A stretch of 64,000 nt of DNA, taken from Amoebophrya sp. A120 (Eukaryota > Protista > Dinoflagellata). Positions 1 through 13,700 of the stretch are shown piece by piece (position 1 is the stretch's first letter; each line of letters begins with the position of its first letter). The stretch is taken from positions 3,424,515 through 3,488,514 of the forward strand of contig CAJINV010000002.1 of NCBI GenBank assembly GCA_905178155.1. The letters run 5' to 3'. The notes beneath the pieces were generated by a model. It ran no database searches, had not been told where the DNA came from, and saw only the letters and a program-made list of their open reading frames with translations. Both the position numbers and the translations under genes were made by a program.

Positions 1-500
1 TGGAGAAATATAGCACGCAATTCCTAAGTTAGTCCCTGGCCCGGTCTGCCAATCCGGGTAAGAGAAGCATCGTCGTGCTTCTCTACTAAATCGCTTACTG
101 GTGCCTGCCCGCTCGGGGAATAATTATGTAGACGGTCACCGCTTGTGGTGGTCAGACAGAGGCGTTCGAGTCTAGTTAGTCCTTAGCTGCGCGCTACTCT
201 TTCAGTTCGTGCGGGCTCGAGGTGCTGCGATCACCGGCAGGAGCTGAACAACAGCGAACATAAGGACGTTAGATTTTTGATTGCTCTACATTACAAGACC
301 AGCACTTGTGTCGGCCCGCCGAAGTTGCGCGCGCGGGTTCAGCAGTCTTCTTTCTCGCGAAAAAGGTGAGTCTCCTGACCCTTTCGGCCGTCACCACTCC
401 GCCGGTATTCGTGCTTGCGCGGTGCCTCACGATGACGATGACGGTTAAAAGTTTGCACCCTTAATTTACAAAGGGACGCCCTGCCCTTAGTTTCCCAACA
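1..500. mobile_element. Possible LTR end nested in a family-B introner
   Basis: The family-B right arm (499-547) is preceded by unrelated sequence ending TTTCCCAACA (TGTTGGGAAA on the other strand), a typical LTR terminus. The rest lies outside the window. Confidence 0.4.
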
Positions 501-547
501 TGACAAGTCTGGCACTCTTCCAGACCCAGACATTTTTACATTTGATA

Positions 548-3500
548 TTCCATTCGGGGCGACGACCAAGTCACTGGGTGGGACGAAAACGCAGGTCCCG
601 AGGGTTGGACGGCGCACACTGGCAATACATGGGACAAGATCAAGACGAAGGTCGGCACGAGGAATGTCCGTAAGGAGAAAGTTGTGGCTGTGCACTGCAG
701 CACGAGACCCTGCCTTGTGCACGGCAAGGCCAACGGCCTTGAGGAGGGGGACAAGCAACTCTGCGTAGACAACGAGTGCTGCCTTTGGGGAGATATGTGC
801 ACTAGCCATCTTTTTGGCGCGTGTATTAACCGCGAGCGATACTGTCGCGCTGGCCCATACTTATGAAACAGCTACAGCACCTAGTACATCTCTACCAGAA
901 GAAAAGAATTTGCGTTGCTGGTGTTTTGTTGTCACTCAATGCGCTGCACTGGACACCTGCCACGGTGCTCAACTTCTTGCTCCAAACGAAATGAAAAATG
1001 TATAAAGCGCACGGCTGAGGTTATTAAAGGCAAAAGCTTCAGAACAACGCGTCAACATGCGGAACACAAATCAAGCACGACTGCTTTCGTTTTGTGACCC
1101 TGCCGCAACAGGAAAAAAAACTCTAGCTAAAACAGTAGGGATGTGCCTGATCTGCTTTTCTGCGGGATATAGTCTAGACAATGTCAACCAATGTGGCGGC
1201 TCACCGTGCGGACAGGGAAAGAATTATCCCAGTCACCGAGTGACAGTCGATAGCTTGGACCTCGATACATCCATCAAATATCCATAGAAAAGCGCTAGTG
1301 TTACAGCCACGCGCCGCGACCTGTTGCCGTTGTGACGCCAGGGAAAGAACAAACTTACTCTGCATGAAGATCACAGAGCAGAAAATCACTTGCAGCGTAG
1401 AGACCAAAGAAGGGAAATAAACACGCACGCAAAGAGGGTCGCGTAGTAAAAGTAATATTTTTTCCAGCATGATATAACAACGTTGTCCGTCTTGCTTTTC
1501 GTTGTCGTGCTGCATGTGTAGTTGTAACACTTTTAGGCTTGCATATCAACCGTGTGGATTTCACCACTACCACGACCGCGCCGCCCACAACAAAACCTCC
1601 GACTACGACATCAAAGGCTCCTGGTCCTGCCGGTACAACAACATCAAAAGCTCCTTCCAACGTCGGAGACGGTGTAACCGACGCTCCCGAGGCAACGAGT
1701 GGTCCGGGTGGAACTACCGTGACTACCGCTCCAGCAACCGTGACGACTATCTCTCCCCCGTCCGGTGCTACAACTACGAGTCCCACACCACTACGCATTG
1801 CAAAAGTATCGCACTGCTCGTATAAATGCATTTACAAATTTCCTCAGCATGAAAAATAAGATTTGTAATGTTGATTTGCTTTGGGAACAAGATTTGTAAT
1901 ATGCCAGACTTGCATTTACTTACGAGTGCGATACTTTTGTAGTGGATAACCGCCCGCCAGCTGCAAGAACGCGACGGCCGCGAACACGACGGGGCTGCCG
2001 ACACTCACCACCGACGAACTGAAAGCCATTGTTGACTCGGCTGGATTATGCATTGCAAAAGCATCGTACTAGTATAAGTTGCCTATACAAATTGTCGTAG
2101 CGTGACAGATGGAATTTGTAATGCTGCCTTAGCTGAGCAAGCCCATTTGTCATGCATATCTGCAATTAGTACGAGTATGATACTTTTGCAATTCATATGG
2201 ATCCGGCGACGGCGACATCACCAACGCGGTACTGCCCGAGCTAGTCATATGGTAGTGTCAGGATCCAAATCGACAAAGTTGAAATAACTTGTAATGCATA
2301 AAATGCATGACGCGGAACAAGACGTGTGTTGCAGAGCAGGCAAGCGAGGCTTACTGTATTACAAGCCTGTTATTTGGGGTTAGACAAGCTCGAGCTGCTA
2401 AAGTAGCATGAGAGAATCAGTCCTTGTTTGCCTAAACAGCACGACAAACTGGATTTAGGCACCGCCAGAATTTGATGTCATGCGCCACTTAGAAACTGGG
2501 TTCCAACTGGCATCCATTTTATGCATGGCAAATTATTTCCACTTTGTCGATTTCGAACCTGACAGATCCATAAGTCAACCGCTGTGTGGACCCGGAGACA
2601 GCCAAAGCTGCGGCCGCGAAGATCGAGGTCGTGTTCATATGCATTGCAAAAGTATCGTACTCGTAGTTGTAATTGCAGTGTATGCATGACAAATCTCCTT
2701 TCTAAGGTAAAACTACATGACAAATGTAATTTTTCATGCTGAGTCAATTTGTGATGCAATTCATACTAGAGCTAGTGCGATGCTTTTGCAATGCATAGCT
2801 CATAGCAAAAGGCAACGTGGTGGAGGCCATTGAAGAGGCCGTCGAGCTGGTGGAACAGGAGACCATCGAATCTGTGGAGTCACCACCATCGACCGACTGC
2901 TGCAACTGTTGCTGCGCGATCGTTACCGTGGTGGTGCTCCTGCTCCTCACGGGCGGCGGCCTGTTGGCTTATTTTTTCCTCTTCACCGAGTCCGCAGAAA
3001 AGCAGGGCGCGAACAAGGGATTGGAAGCGGATTCCTATGAGCCACGCTTCTCCTTCGACGTGGTCCAGCAGGCCTTCATTGGTGCCGGTCTGTCGCCGGC
3101 GTACGCGAAAGTTTTGGCGCAGCAAATCGCGAACACGGACTCTGTATCCAGTGCAAAAGTATCGTACTCGTAGTAATTGCAATTATGCATTACAAATCTC
3201 CAGCCCAAGGTAAAACAGCATGACAAATTCCATTTGACAAATTCCATTTGACAAATTCCATTTGTCATGCTGATGCAATTTGTAATGCAATTACTACTGG
3301 TGCGATGCTTTTGGTTTTGCAATTCATACTCTGTGGAAGACGACGATGAGCTGTCGCGGCCGCAAACGGAACATGATGCGCAGATCATGAAGCGGCTCGG
3401 CCTGGATTTCTTCGACACCGAACCTGAGCGGGTCGGGCGGCTGCGGTATTTCCTGGAGGCGGTCGCGCGTGGCGAGCACGAGAAGCACAAGCAGGCCCGG

Positions 3501-6500
3501 CTTCTGTCCGGCGCGGCGGGCGCGAGTGAGTACCAATACGGAGGTGGTTTTGGGGAGCCAGAGGAGGAGCACGTTTTGACGGAGGCGGAGGCACGACTCA
3601 AACTCGAGGCGGCCGGTTTGTCGACGCAAGCGGCCTTTTTCGTTGCGGCACGGCTGCACGCAAAGATGCAGCAAGAATATGATCCGCAGTAAATTTAATA
3701 TTCCCGTACATGATGATCACGACATACAGATCATGCGCTGTCTGCATGACAAAAGTTTCTTTCAATCCTGATCAGCATGACAAGTGGTGACATGCTCACC
3801 AAATTAGGATTAGCGGAATTATTTGTCATGCATTTTGTACTACGTGCTTGTAGTTTACGGGAAATCGAAATTTGTATTGCATAGAGAACACCCGAAAGAC
3901 ACGAAAGCGGCGGCCAAGGAAGTGATAGACGGCATTACGCAGGACGGGGACTGGTTGGCTTTCGCCTCGCCAGACGACATGGCGCAACTGAACACGCTTA
4001 CAGACGGGAACGCCCAATTCTACAACAATTTCCAGAAGGCGAACACCAAGAAGAAGAAGACCTCGCGGCACTCTACTATGGTTCTCGATTTGCACGCTGT
4101 CTCGGTGACCGACCAGGACCCAGCGAACGCGTTGCAATTTGGGCACACCGAAACGGCGGGCGTGGTTACGGGGTTCCAAGTATCAAATGTAAAAATGTCT
4201 GGGTCTGGAAGAATGCAACTTGTCATGCTAAATCTGAAATATGTAAAAATCTGTGTTGCATGATTACCAAAAGTCGTCCAGTTTTGACCAAGTCGGGAGG
4301 GAGTTTCTCATGCAGGATAGGCATGAGAGAGATCGCGCAGAATCTGTCATGCTAGGTCCTGCATTCCAGATCTCATGGGTCATGGAAAATCTACATGACA
4401 AATCGCGCATTCTTCCAGACCCAGACATTTTTGCAATCCATACCAAGCTCTGATGCCCCCCAAAAAGCGGTACGACCTCAAGCTCCATCGAGAAACACAA
4501 GCGAAGAAGTATCCTGAGTACAAACGGTCCCACCTCATAGTCAAGATGGGAAATCTGCTAGACAAATCAACAAGCTTAAGTTGTTACGCATGACAAGTTT
4601 GGCCCTGTGGTGGAATCCTGTTTAGCGCGTTCAGAAGCATCGCAAGTCTAAGCATATCGCGCTGATTGGAGCACTACAAATTCCAAAGCGCGACTAGGAA
4701 ACTCTTCTCATGCATGGGGCTCCGCATGAGAAACATTTTGAGCATGCGGATTTGCATGAAAACTATGGGGCGGGATGTTTTTACACAGGATAAGGAAAAA
4801 TCCCGAATTACCACCGGCACCACGGTCAGCGACACAACTTCCGGAACGACCAGCGAGGGTGTAGTTCCTGGAGACGAAGATCACGCGCGAAAAAAGAAGA
4901 AGAAGAAGGTGAATAAAGCCGGGGCCAACATCAACAACAACATCACCGACCCGGTGCAAGAGCTGGTCGAGCCTGTGCAGCGGACTAGTAAACTTCGGGC
5001 CAGCAGTCGGGTGATTCAAGAGCACGGAGCAGCAGGTGCGCACCATACTACGACTTCAAATTCTGAAGGCATAACTTCCACTTCGGACGCATCTGCTATT
5101 GAGAGGAAAAATCCCCCCTCCCCATATTGAAAAGGCATGTTTCCGAAAATTTGTGTTGCTGATTTGAGGTCACAAATCGCAATTGTTTTGCAAGAAGACA
5201 AGGGCAGAAGCTTCCGCCCCATTATGGAGGCGATTTGTCATGCTGTTGGGCGTAAAGGGGAGCCGCCTGCCATGCTGAACAACTAGACGCATACGCCCCT
5301 CCCTAGCTTGGGGATCTGACCGCAATGCTTTCCTGCAATACAAAGCTGATTTGCGTACCCAAATCCAGCATCAGAAATTTCGTTTTGATATGGGGAGGGG
5401 GGATTTTTCCTTGCAATATCTGCTTCCGACACGTCCGGTGGAGAGGAAGCGCACGGCAAGGGGCCTCAGAAAAAGAAGAAGAAGAAGGTCGTATCATTTG
5501 TAAAAACGTCCCCACACCAGAGTCAAGATGGGGAATCTGCTAGACAAATCACCCAGCTTTGGTCGTTTGGCATGACAAGTTTCTCCTCGTGCTGTAATCC
5601 TGTTTAGGTAGTTCAGCAGCATCACAGATCCAGTATATCATGCGGATTGTAGTATCACAAATTCCAAAGCACGACTAGAAAATGCCTCTCATGGCGCTCC
5701 GCATGACAAACTTTTTTGGCATGCAGATTTGCATGACAACTCTGGTGTGGGGACGTTTTTCCTCAGGATAGGTCGTGGCGGGTACATCGACGAAGCAAGC
5801 GAAGCAGGGCGAAGCGGACGCATCCATGGAAGCGGCCGAGAAGGAGCTGCTGAGCGAAGCGAAGTATGCATTGCAAATATGTCTGGGCTAGCAGGAAGGT
5901 GGAATTTGTGATGTGTGTTGCAGATCATACAAAAATCTGTGTCGCATGACTTGCAAAAGGTGCCCACTTCTGGCCAGCCTGAGAGGGTATTTGTTTCTCA
6001 TGCAGAATAGGCATCACTAAGAGGCTGCAGAACCACTTGTGATGCTAGGCCCTGCATTCCAGATGTGGGGCAGCTTGGAAAAACTGCATGACAAATTTCG
6101 AAATCTTCCAGACCGAGACAAATTTGCACTTGATACGAAGCGCGCACTCGCGGACGTCGGCTTTTCGAAGCAGCAGGCGACACTCTATGCAATACAAATT
6201 TCCCGTACATGTTGTACAAGATGCATCACAAATTTCACCAATTTGGAGTGTAGTAACACTTGGCATGCTGAATTAGGATCAAAGCCCAATTTTGTAATTC
6301 AGAGACTGCATTTGTACGTCGTGTACGGAAAATTTGCTGTGGATACACTCCTTGCGAACCGCATTGCGGGCGTTCGCGCGGCGGAGCTGCGGTCGCAGAA
6401 CATGAAGCTCACCGACGAGGAAAAAGCCATCGCCCAGCGGGGCCTCAACGGCGCGAAAATTTTGGATCTGAGTGACTTAGTGGACGAACTGGTGGCCCAG

Positions 6501-7143
6501 AAAGCCAGCTTCTTCGTGAAAACGCTCGCTCCCACCTCCACCATGCAGTCTATGCGGGTTATCCCGAACAAAAACATCCCCATTCCACAGTTGTCATGCA
6601 AATCCGCAAGCCTAAAATGTCTCTCATGCGCAGCCCCATGGCAGCCATTTTCCAATGCTACCGGGGAGTTTGTGATGCTGGAATCAGGATAAGATAGTCA
6701 ATTTGTCATGCTGATGCACTAGCTAAACAGGATTACACTACGGGCCCAAACTTGTCATGCTCGAAAGCCAAAACTTGGAGACTTGTATTGCGCTTTTGCC
6801 AACTTGACCATGGGGCGGGGACGTTTTTGCTCAGGATACGGGTCAGCGCCCGCCCGGTATCTATGTTGGCGGAACGGTGCATTATGCATTGCAAAAGTAT
6901 CGTACTAGTAGTATGAATTGCATTACAAATTTTCTCCGCATGAGAAATGGAATTTGTAATGCTGATTGACCTTAGGAAAAAGATTTGTAAAAATGCATAA
7001 CTGCAATTACTACGAGTGCGATACTTATTTTGCACAGGATATGCATGACGGGGCAGCCATTGTCGATGCTGGCCAGTCGGATGGAAGGTGGTGGTGACCA
7101 TGCTGGTGGACACAAAAAGCACAAAGTGAAAACCAAGCACTAA
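548..7143 (+). CDS. Large single-pass membrane protein, family paralog 1 (5' end outside the window; 15 complete inverted-repeat introns)
   Basis: Joining exons after removing each TAT...ATA element plus one 5-bp repeat gives a frame that is continuous from about 1170 onward; one junction near 830-1170 is unresolved. Segments: GPEGWT...AVHCSTRPC...DNECC, a Thr/Pro-rich stalk, TM CCAIVTVVVLLLLTGGGLLAYFFLF (~2910-2985), then LMPPKKRY and LTDEEKAIAQRGLNG...LSDLVDELVAQKASFF, shared with the paralogs. Stop TAA 7141-7143. Confidence 0.75.
4181..4442. mobile_element. Introner family B (representative; ~255-330 bp; TIR TAT-N4-TGCAAAAATGTCTGGGTCTGGAAG)
   Basis: 20 copies: 4181-4442 (CCAAG/CCAAG), 5865-6135, 13645-13901, 16798-17080, 18150-18405, 21095-21349, 22379-22706, 23852-24112, 24182-24443, 25477-25738, 27551-27811, 34554-34815, 36682-36945, 37584-37858, 42976-43238, 45235-45503, 48113-48375, 58892-59154, 60960-61223, 62769-63042. 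Partial copies at 499-547 and 32494-32649. Confidence 0.92.
6186..6345. mobile_element. Introner family F (representative; ~155-205 bp; TIR TATGCAATACAAATTTCCCGTACA)
   Basis: Copies 3678-3883, 6186-6345 (CACTC/CACTC), 21933-22098 (CAGGA/CAGGA), 25193-25349 (CCGAC/CCGAC), 26695-26888. Confidence 0.85.
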
Positions 7144-9980
7144 GACCACTCGGTCGTGGCCCCGAGCTGGCCGAAGTGAGGAGGATTGTTAAAGAAAAGG
7201 AAATCGTTGGCATCCTCGAGGGGCGGAGGATTTTCACACCTGCTTTTCACGAATTTGTTTCAAAAAAGTAAATAGTAATTTCAAGTAGTTCAATCACAGT
7301 ACAACCTTTAATCAAAAAATTATGTTATTCATCTTAACACACTGGATTTCAACAAGTTTACTTTACATATATCATTTTACAACTATCGTTTCGCATGCCT
7401 CAAGTTTACATATTTCATTTACACATAGTCTCTTCATCTTAAACAACAATTTTACATATTTCATTCACACAGCACCACAACAATCATTTTTCTTTTTTGC
7501 TTTTCGACCCAAATCCAACACAACCACGCTGTGACGATCGAAAATGGTAGACATACCCTGTCTAAGTAAATGATGGCACTCAACATCTTCCATCAAGCGA
7601 TGAAGCTCGTGCCCCCTGAGCACCGTTTTTCTTTGCCGCAGAGTCAGCACGTACTAAAGGTACTTACTAGTGCCACCGGATGAAAACGGTTTCGGTTGCC
7701 CCCACCGGATCCTTCGTCTGCAGCTTTTTAAGCCTCGAATAGAAAGAACCCAGCAGAGTGTTTTTAGAAATTGCATAAGTCCCCAAAAGAATTAAAGACT
7801 GCAAGAACACGGCATGCTTCTACATTACTTTTTTCTCAGAGGAGGCTACAGGAAGTTGTTGTGCTGACGGCAGAACAAGTAACCGGTGTAGGAGTTGCTG
7901 CAGCAGAAATGACAGAAGGACCTGCCAACATTTTCGCTCTTTAGATTCAGATTTATTGCAAACAAGACGCTATTTTGTACTAGGCATTGTTCGTCACCAC
8001 GATAGACAAGCGCTGTGCGATGGGCAGGATCGCGATGGTCCTATGTTCATTGTTCTGGTACTGGTGAAAAAAGCAACCGCCACCAACATCTCGTCGTGGT
8101 CGTGCGCCTTCTCATACGTAAGAACAAGTAGATGTCGTGGGAAAGCCGACGTAGCCGACGCCTGCTAACAGCGCAAAGATAATGACACGTCCTACCTACT
8201 CTTTTCTTTGAAGAGTTTGTAGCAGCATCCAGGTCCAACTCGTTGCAAATCGGTTTTCAGTTTCTCGTATGCCACTCGGTCGTATGCCACTCGTAGTGCC
8301 ACTCGCAGCACTAAGACCACTCGGTCGTGGCCCCGAGCTGGCCGAAGTGAGGAGGATTGTCAAAGAAAAGGAAATCGTTGGCATCCTCGAGGGGAGGAGG
8401 ATTTTCACACCTGCTTTTCACGAATTTGTTTCAAAAAAGTAAATAGTAATTTCAAGTAGTTCAATCACAGTACAACCTTTAATCAAAAAATTATGTTATT
8501 CATCTTAACACACTGGATTTCAACAAGTTTACNNNNNNNTCATACGTAAGAACAAGTAGATGTCGTGGGAAAGCCGACGTAGCCGACGCCTGCTAACAGC
8601 GCAAAGATAATGACACGTCCTACCTACTCTTTTCTTTGAAGAGTTTGTAGCAGCATCCAGGTCCAACTCGTTGCAAATCGGTTTTCAGTTTCTCGTATGC
8701 CACTCGGTCGTATGCCACTCGTAGTGCCACTCGCAGCACTAAGACCACTCGGTCGTGGCCCCGAGCTGGCCGAAGTGAGGAGGATTGTCAAAGAAAAGGA
8801 AATCGTTGGCATCCTCGAGGGGAGGAGGATTTTCACACCTGCTTTTCACGAATTTGTTTCAAAAAAGTAAATAGTAATTTCAAGTAGTTCAATCACAGTA
8901 CAACCTTTAATCAAAAAATTATGTTATTCATCTTAACACACTGGATTTCAACAAGTTTACATATTTCATTTTACAACTATCGTTTCGCATGGGTCAAGTT
9001 TACATATTTCATTTACACATAGTCTCTTCAACAACAATTTTACATATTTCATTTACCACAACATTCATCCTTTTTTTTGCTTTCTTTCTTTCTTTCTTTC
9101 TTTCTGTTCGTGCCAGGGCTTGGCGTCAAAGGTTCAAGGCCCTAAAGGTTTTTTTGCTTTTGAACCCAAATCCAACACAACCACAAGACGGACGCTGCGA
9201 CGATCGAAGATGGTAGACATACCCTGTCTAAGTAAATGATGGCACTCAACATCTTCCATCAAGCGATGAAGCTCGTGCCCCCTGAGCACCGTTTTTCTTT
9301 GCCGCAGAGTCAGCACGTACTAAAGGTACTTACTAGTGCCACCGGATGAAAACGGTTTCGGTTGCCCCCACCGGATCTTTCGTCTGCAGCTTTTCAAAAC
9401 TCGAATAGAAAGAACCGATCAGAGTGTTTTTAGAAATCGCATAAATTCCCCAAAACAAGAATTAAAGACTGCAAGAACACGGCATGCTTCTACATCACTT
9501 TTTGCTCTTCCGGGGAGGCTACAGGACGTTCTTGTGCAGCTGGCGGCACACAAAGTAAGTAGATGGTGTAGGAGGTGCTGCAGCAGAAATGACAGAGGAA
9601 TCTGCCAACATCTTCGCTCTTGTTTAGATTCAGATTTTCAAATGAGGCTATCATGTAGTACCAAGGCACGCATTCTTGTCCTTCACGAAGGACAGGCGGT
9701 GCGTGATCAAGATGATCGCGATGGGAGTGAAGATTCACTGTTCTGCTACAAGTGAAAAACCAACCGCCAGCACCAACATTTTTCCGTCGTTGTCGTGCGC
9801 CTCGTACCTAGTAAGAAGTAGCCGTGGGAGCAAAGCCGTGGCCGAAGCTTTAGCTTGATGTTACTGTTAGCAGCGCACGCATGACCATGACACGTCGTAC
9901 ATACACTCCGTTGCACGTCAAGTCTCTTTGCAATCGTTCAGGCTGAACCTGATTTCAAATCGCTTTTCACTTTCTCGTGC
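7136..9980. repeat. ~1.2-kb diverged tandem duplication spanning an assembly gap
   Basis: The unit starts AGCACTAAGACCACTCGGTCG at 7136, 8307 and 8735. 8112-8532 is repeated exactly at 8540-8960 across the N-run 8533-8539. Confidence 0.85.
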
Positions 9981-10783
9981 GGAAAGCCAAGATACTAACT
10001 GGTAGTTAAGAAAAAAACTAGAATATGTCCGGTTCCTGACATACTAGTCGTACATCAGCGTTGTCCACTGTTTTCTCGTGTCATCAAGTACGTGGTGCTG
10101 CATCTGGGCGTTTAAAAAAATCGTATCGTACTATGAGAATAGGGTCCACGTCGTGTGATATTCGTGTTGATGTCGTGGTATGACTAAGTAGTTTTTCTGG
10201 GTCCTTGTTCCCAAAACGCAACTACAACGTAAATTTGGTCACACAAATTCATTCCTGTCGTCCATTTACTAACAACGTTGTCGTTCCTCTTTGTCATCGT
10301 CTTCCTCGTTGTGGCCCAGATCTCGTATATAAGCTCGCCCTTGCCAGCAGCACCAAGACTCACTGCATGACTCGCAACTACTACATAGAGAAACAACTAT
10401 CATCAAGATCAAGGCGCGGCAACGCATAGTTCTACGTCGTTTTGAAGAATAAATTTCGAAAGACAGACGGCGCTAGACGTTCCCCCCCGTACTAGCCGAG
10501 TTATTCTATGTCAAGTCTTGTCTATGCAATGACTAGTAGAGTACGAATTTATCTCCCCACCGAGTCCTAGTAAGTAAAAGTATCCGAAGAAAAGGAGGAC
10601 GACTTCTGATTTCCCCGGTGTCAAAGTAGAAACCGCGTCTCATAGCGGGCAGTTAAAAAGCATCTATCTCTGTATCGTTTTATTTTGGATTTCGGCTAGC
10701 GCTAGCCTGTGCCTGTGTAGTTGGCCCTTTTTTCTTGTTCAGAAACATAATTCTAGCAGGGACCACGGGAAGAGTAGATCAAC

Positions 10784-13700
10784 ATGTTGAGCCGCGGCGA
10801 CCAGGACGAGATCCTTCTTCAAATGGCGTGGCTGCGAAGTGGTACTAGTAGAAACTCCACGCTGGCTTCCTGCAGGTTTCATCTGAGGGTCTGGCTACTA
10901 CGTATCTTTGTGTGGACCTTGATGATGCGCGACCTCGTCCTGCTCGTCGTCCCGCAAAACGAAGATGTACTTCAGAAGCAGAAGATGTTGTTTTCCTCGC
11001 CAATTTTACCTCCTCCTGTCCGCGCGTTGTCGTTTTCCGTGCGGAAGCACACCAAAACCACGACGACCCAAAAGGAGAAAACGGGCGCGAAAGTGAAGAC
11101 CAAAACCTCCGTAGTGGCAAAGAAAAGAACAGCTAGATCCACTACAGCTCCGCAGCTCTCGTCGCGGCGGGCAGCAGGAAGAGTTGTATCTGGTGTGTCG
11201 AGCACTACGACGAGAACCTCCTCGTTGAAAAGGATTCTGTTCGACGGGCGGAAACAAGAAAAATCCTCGCACAGTAGAGGTCGTTTCGAAGAGGAAAGTG
11301 CATTTATTTCAACACGCCAGCAAAAATTTGTCGGTGGAGAAGAGCAACATCAAGAACTGGAGCAACATCCACGCGCCATTGAAGAAAAATCTGTACTGTC
11401 TGAGCCGCAGGTCGTCCAGAACAATCGGACCACTCTGCTTTCCCTTCATTCCGGGACCTCCGCCTCCGCAGATCGGGACGACCCCGCCGGACTGCTGGAA
11501 GTAGAAGTCGAGAGAAGAACTAGCGGGAAGAACGAGGGGCGGCGGGAAGAACACCAGACTAGCCAGAAAAACGAGGCTTCTGTTGACATGTATGACTACC
11601 ACAACAAGTATCCCTATTGCCCCCGGTGCCAGGTATACAATCTTGTCGGCCTGGTTGATCCCAGCACCGGCGACGGGGCCGGCTGGTATGATACGCATGT
11701 GACGGACACGCGGTGGAGCGCATTTCCTGTGCCGCAACTCGATCAGAAAGCAACGTGGAAAGACTGTGGCGGCAGCACAGGGATCACGTGTGCGGAGACA
11801 GCAGCGCGGAAGACGGTAGACATGTGTGAGGCCGCGGGCTGTGATGCGACTTTCCTAGACCAAGTGAGCTCGGTAGCCGACATCGCGCCGCCAGGCTGGA
11901 CAGGCGCGACGGGTAGCGTAGATTGGAGCGGAATTGCCACGGAGTTGCAAAGCGGCATTGGTGACGGGCACAAGGCGTTCGCGGTCCACTGTAAGCCAAG
12001 TCCGTGCTATGTTACCGTCCAGAGTATCCATTCAAAAAAAAACCGCCCTCTCCCCATATTCAGGAGGAAATTTCCCGTACTGAGGTGGTGGACACAATCG
12101 CTTCGCCTTGTAGTACGGCACTGAGGGCATTTTCGAGGCCACCTGGTCAGGTCGAGACAATTCTAAACCTTCAGAAGGGTTGGTAGTCGATTGTTCCGCC
12201 GCAGAGAGAAACGCACACAGCAGGATGCTTCCTGTCGGTCTTGCTTCTCCAGTACGCATGATCGAGGCACTTCTGCTGCAGACAACAACAAGTAGTCCTC
12301 AGCGAATACAAGCTGCCCTGTGCCTTGGACTTTGCAGAAGTATGTGGAGGGGGGGATTTTTCCGTACGATGGAAGACGTGCAACAACCGGTGTACAACAG
12401 CAACAAAGCTGCTCAGGACAAAAGCTGCGAAAGCCATGCCTGTTGCCGAGCCGGCAAAAAAAAGTCTCATTTTCCCCCCTATTGGTGCCCCAATCAGTCC
12501 CAAGGGGCAGCAGCCCTCGAAAGCCTTTTCTCGTGGAATTTCGAAGTCAGTAAGGCCAATGCACAAGAGTGGAAGCTCTGGTTACAGCAGTACCCGCGTT
12601 CGACGTTTTGCTACTACTGCCGCCCCGGTCCAGAAGATCCCCAGCCCCGTTGGTCGAAGGACGACTACTTTTACGATGAACCTATTCCGGGCAAACCATT
12701 TCCCGATCACCGGGTGGAGGCGTTTGAGTTGAGTGGCATGCTCCGTAAAATTCAGCTCGGAGAAGGCAGTGATTCCGCGGGATCTGTTCCCGGTGGCACG
12801 AATCCGAACGGTGAGACGCCAGGAGGAGGACCCAATGAAAACGGAGCTACGGGTATCATGAGCAAAAACAGTGCCCACACCCCATAGTCAAGTACAAGTT
12901 GGGTGACCTCAGCTAGCAACAGAAAGAGAAATCCAGAAGTTTTGGGAGTCACGCATGACAACTTCCTCATTGTATTCTTGCAGTCTACAGTTTAGAAAAG
13001 GCTGCCGCATAACAAATCCATCTCGATCTCATCATCCTGTTTACAGCATAATACAAGTTCCAAAGCACGACTGAGAATGCCTCTCATGGGGATACGCATT
13101 GCAAATTTTCCTCTGTTTGCAAATCTGCATGACAAGAACTCTGGGGTCGTGGGGACGTTTTTGCCGGGGACAACTGTGACAATTCCGAGCGACACGGCCG
13201 ACGCAGAAGACGACAAGGACATTCCGAAGTGCGCAGATGTGTACGCCAGAACTGCAATTGACGATTTATGGCGTTCTCAAACGTTACATTCTCAACTGTT
13301 GCATGAATTTGTCATGCAAAAGTACCTTAAGCCGGCAGATGATCATGATCGAGCTGCTTCGCATGACAAATTTCGGGAGGGCTAGACAGCATCTAAATCT
13401 GCGCCAAACTTGTCATGCAAAAGGCGCAATCTTCCTCCTTTCACTTTTGCCAGTCTTGCATTACACAGTTGAGAATGTAAACATTTGAGAACTCCATACG
13501 ACTGCACAGCGAAAAACAACTACACTCGACTGGAAAACTTCGTTATCGACCGCTACTACAGTGAGCACAACACAAACCCGGGCGACATTGCGGCTTGCGC
13601 CACCGCGTGCAATTTCGGCATGGACAACTGTGCCGCCTACTCCTTATCAAATGCAAAAATGTCTGGGTCTGGAAGATGACGAGATTTGTCATGCTAGTCT

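Noticed and set aside
823-1170. Probable additional intron in paralog 1
   Set aside because: The interval is non-coding and ends GGGATA, but I could not find a matching left end and 5-bp repeat, so it was not counted.
4181-4442. Recurrent short ORFs containing KMSGSGR, PDPDIFA, QKCLGLE, QKYRTR, CKSIVLV or KNVPTP, suggesting a repeated peptide family
   Set aside because: They are translations of introner terminal repeats in all frames and on both strands, full of stops; not proteins.
8540-8960. Perfect 421-bp tandem duplication
   Set aside because: It flanks the N-run at 8533-8539 exactly, typical of unmerged contig overlap; likely an assembly artefact.
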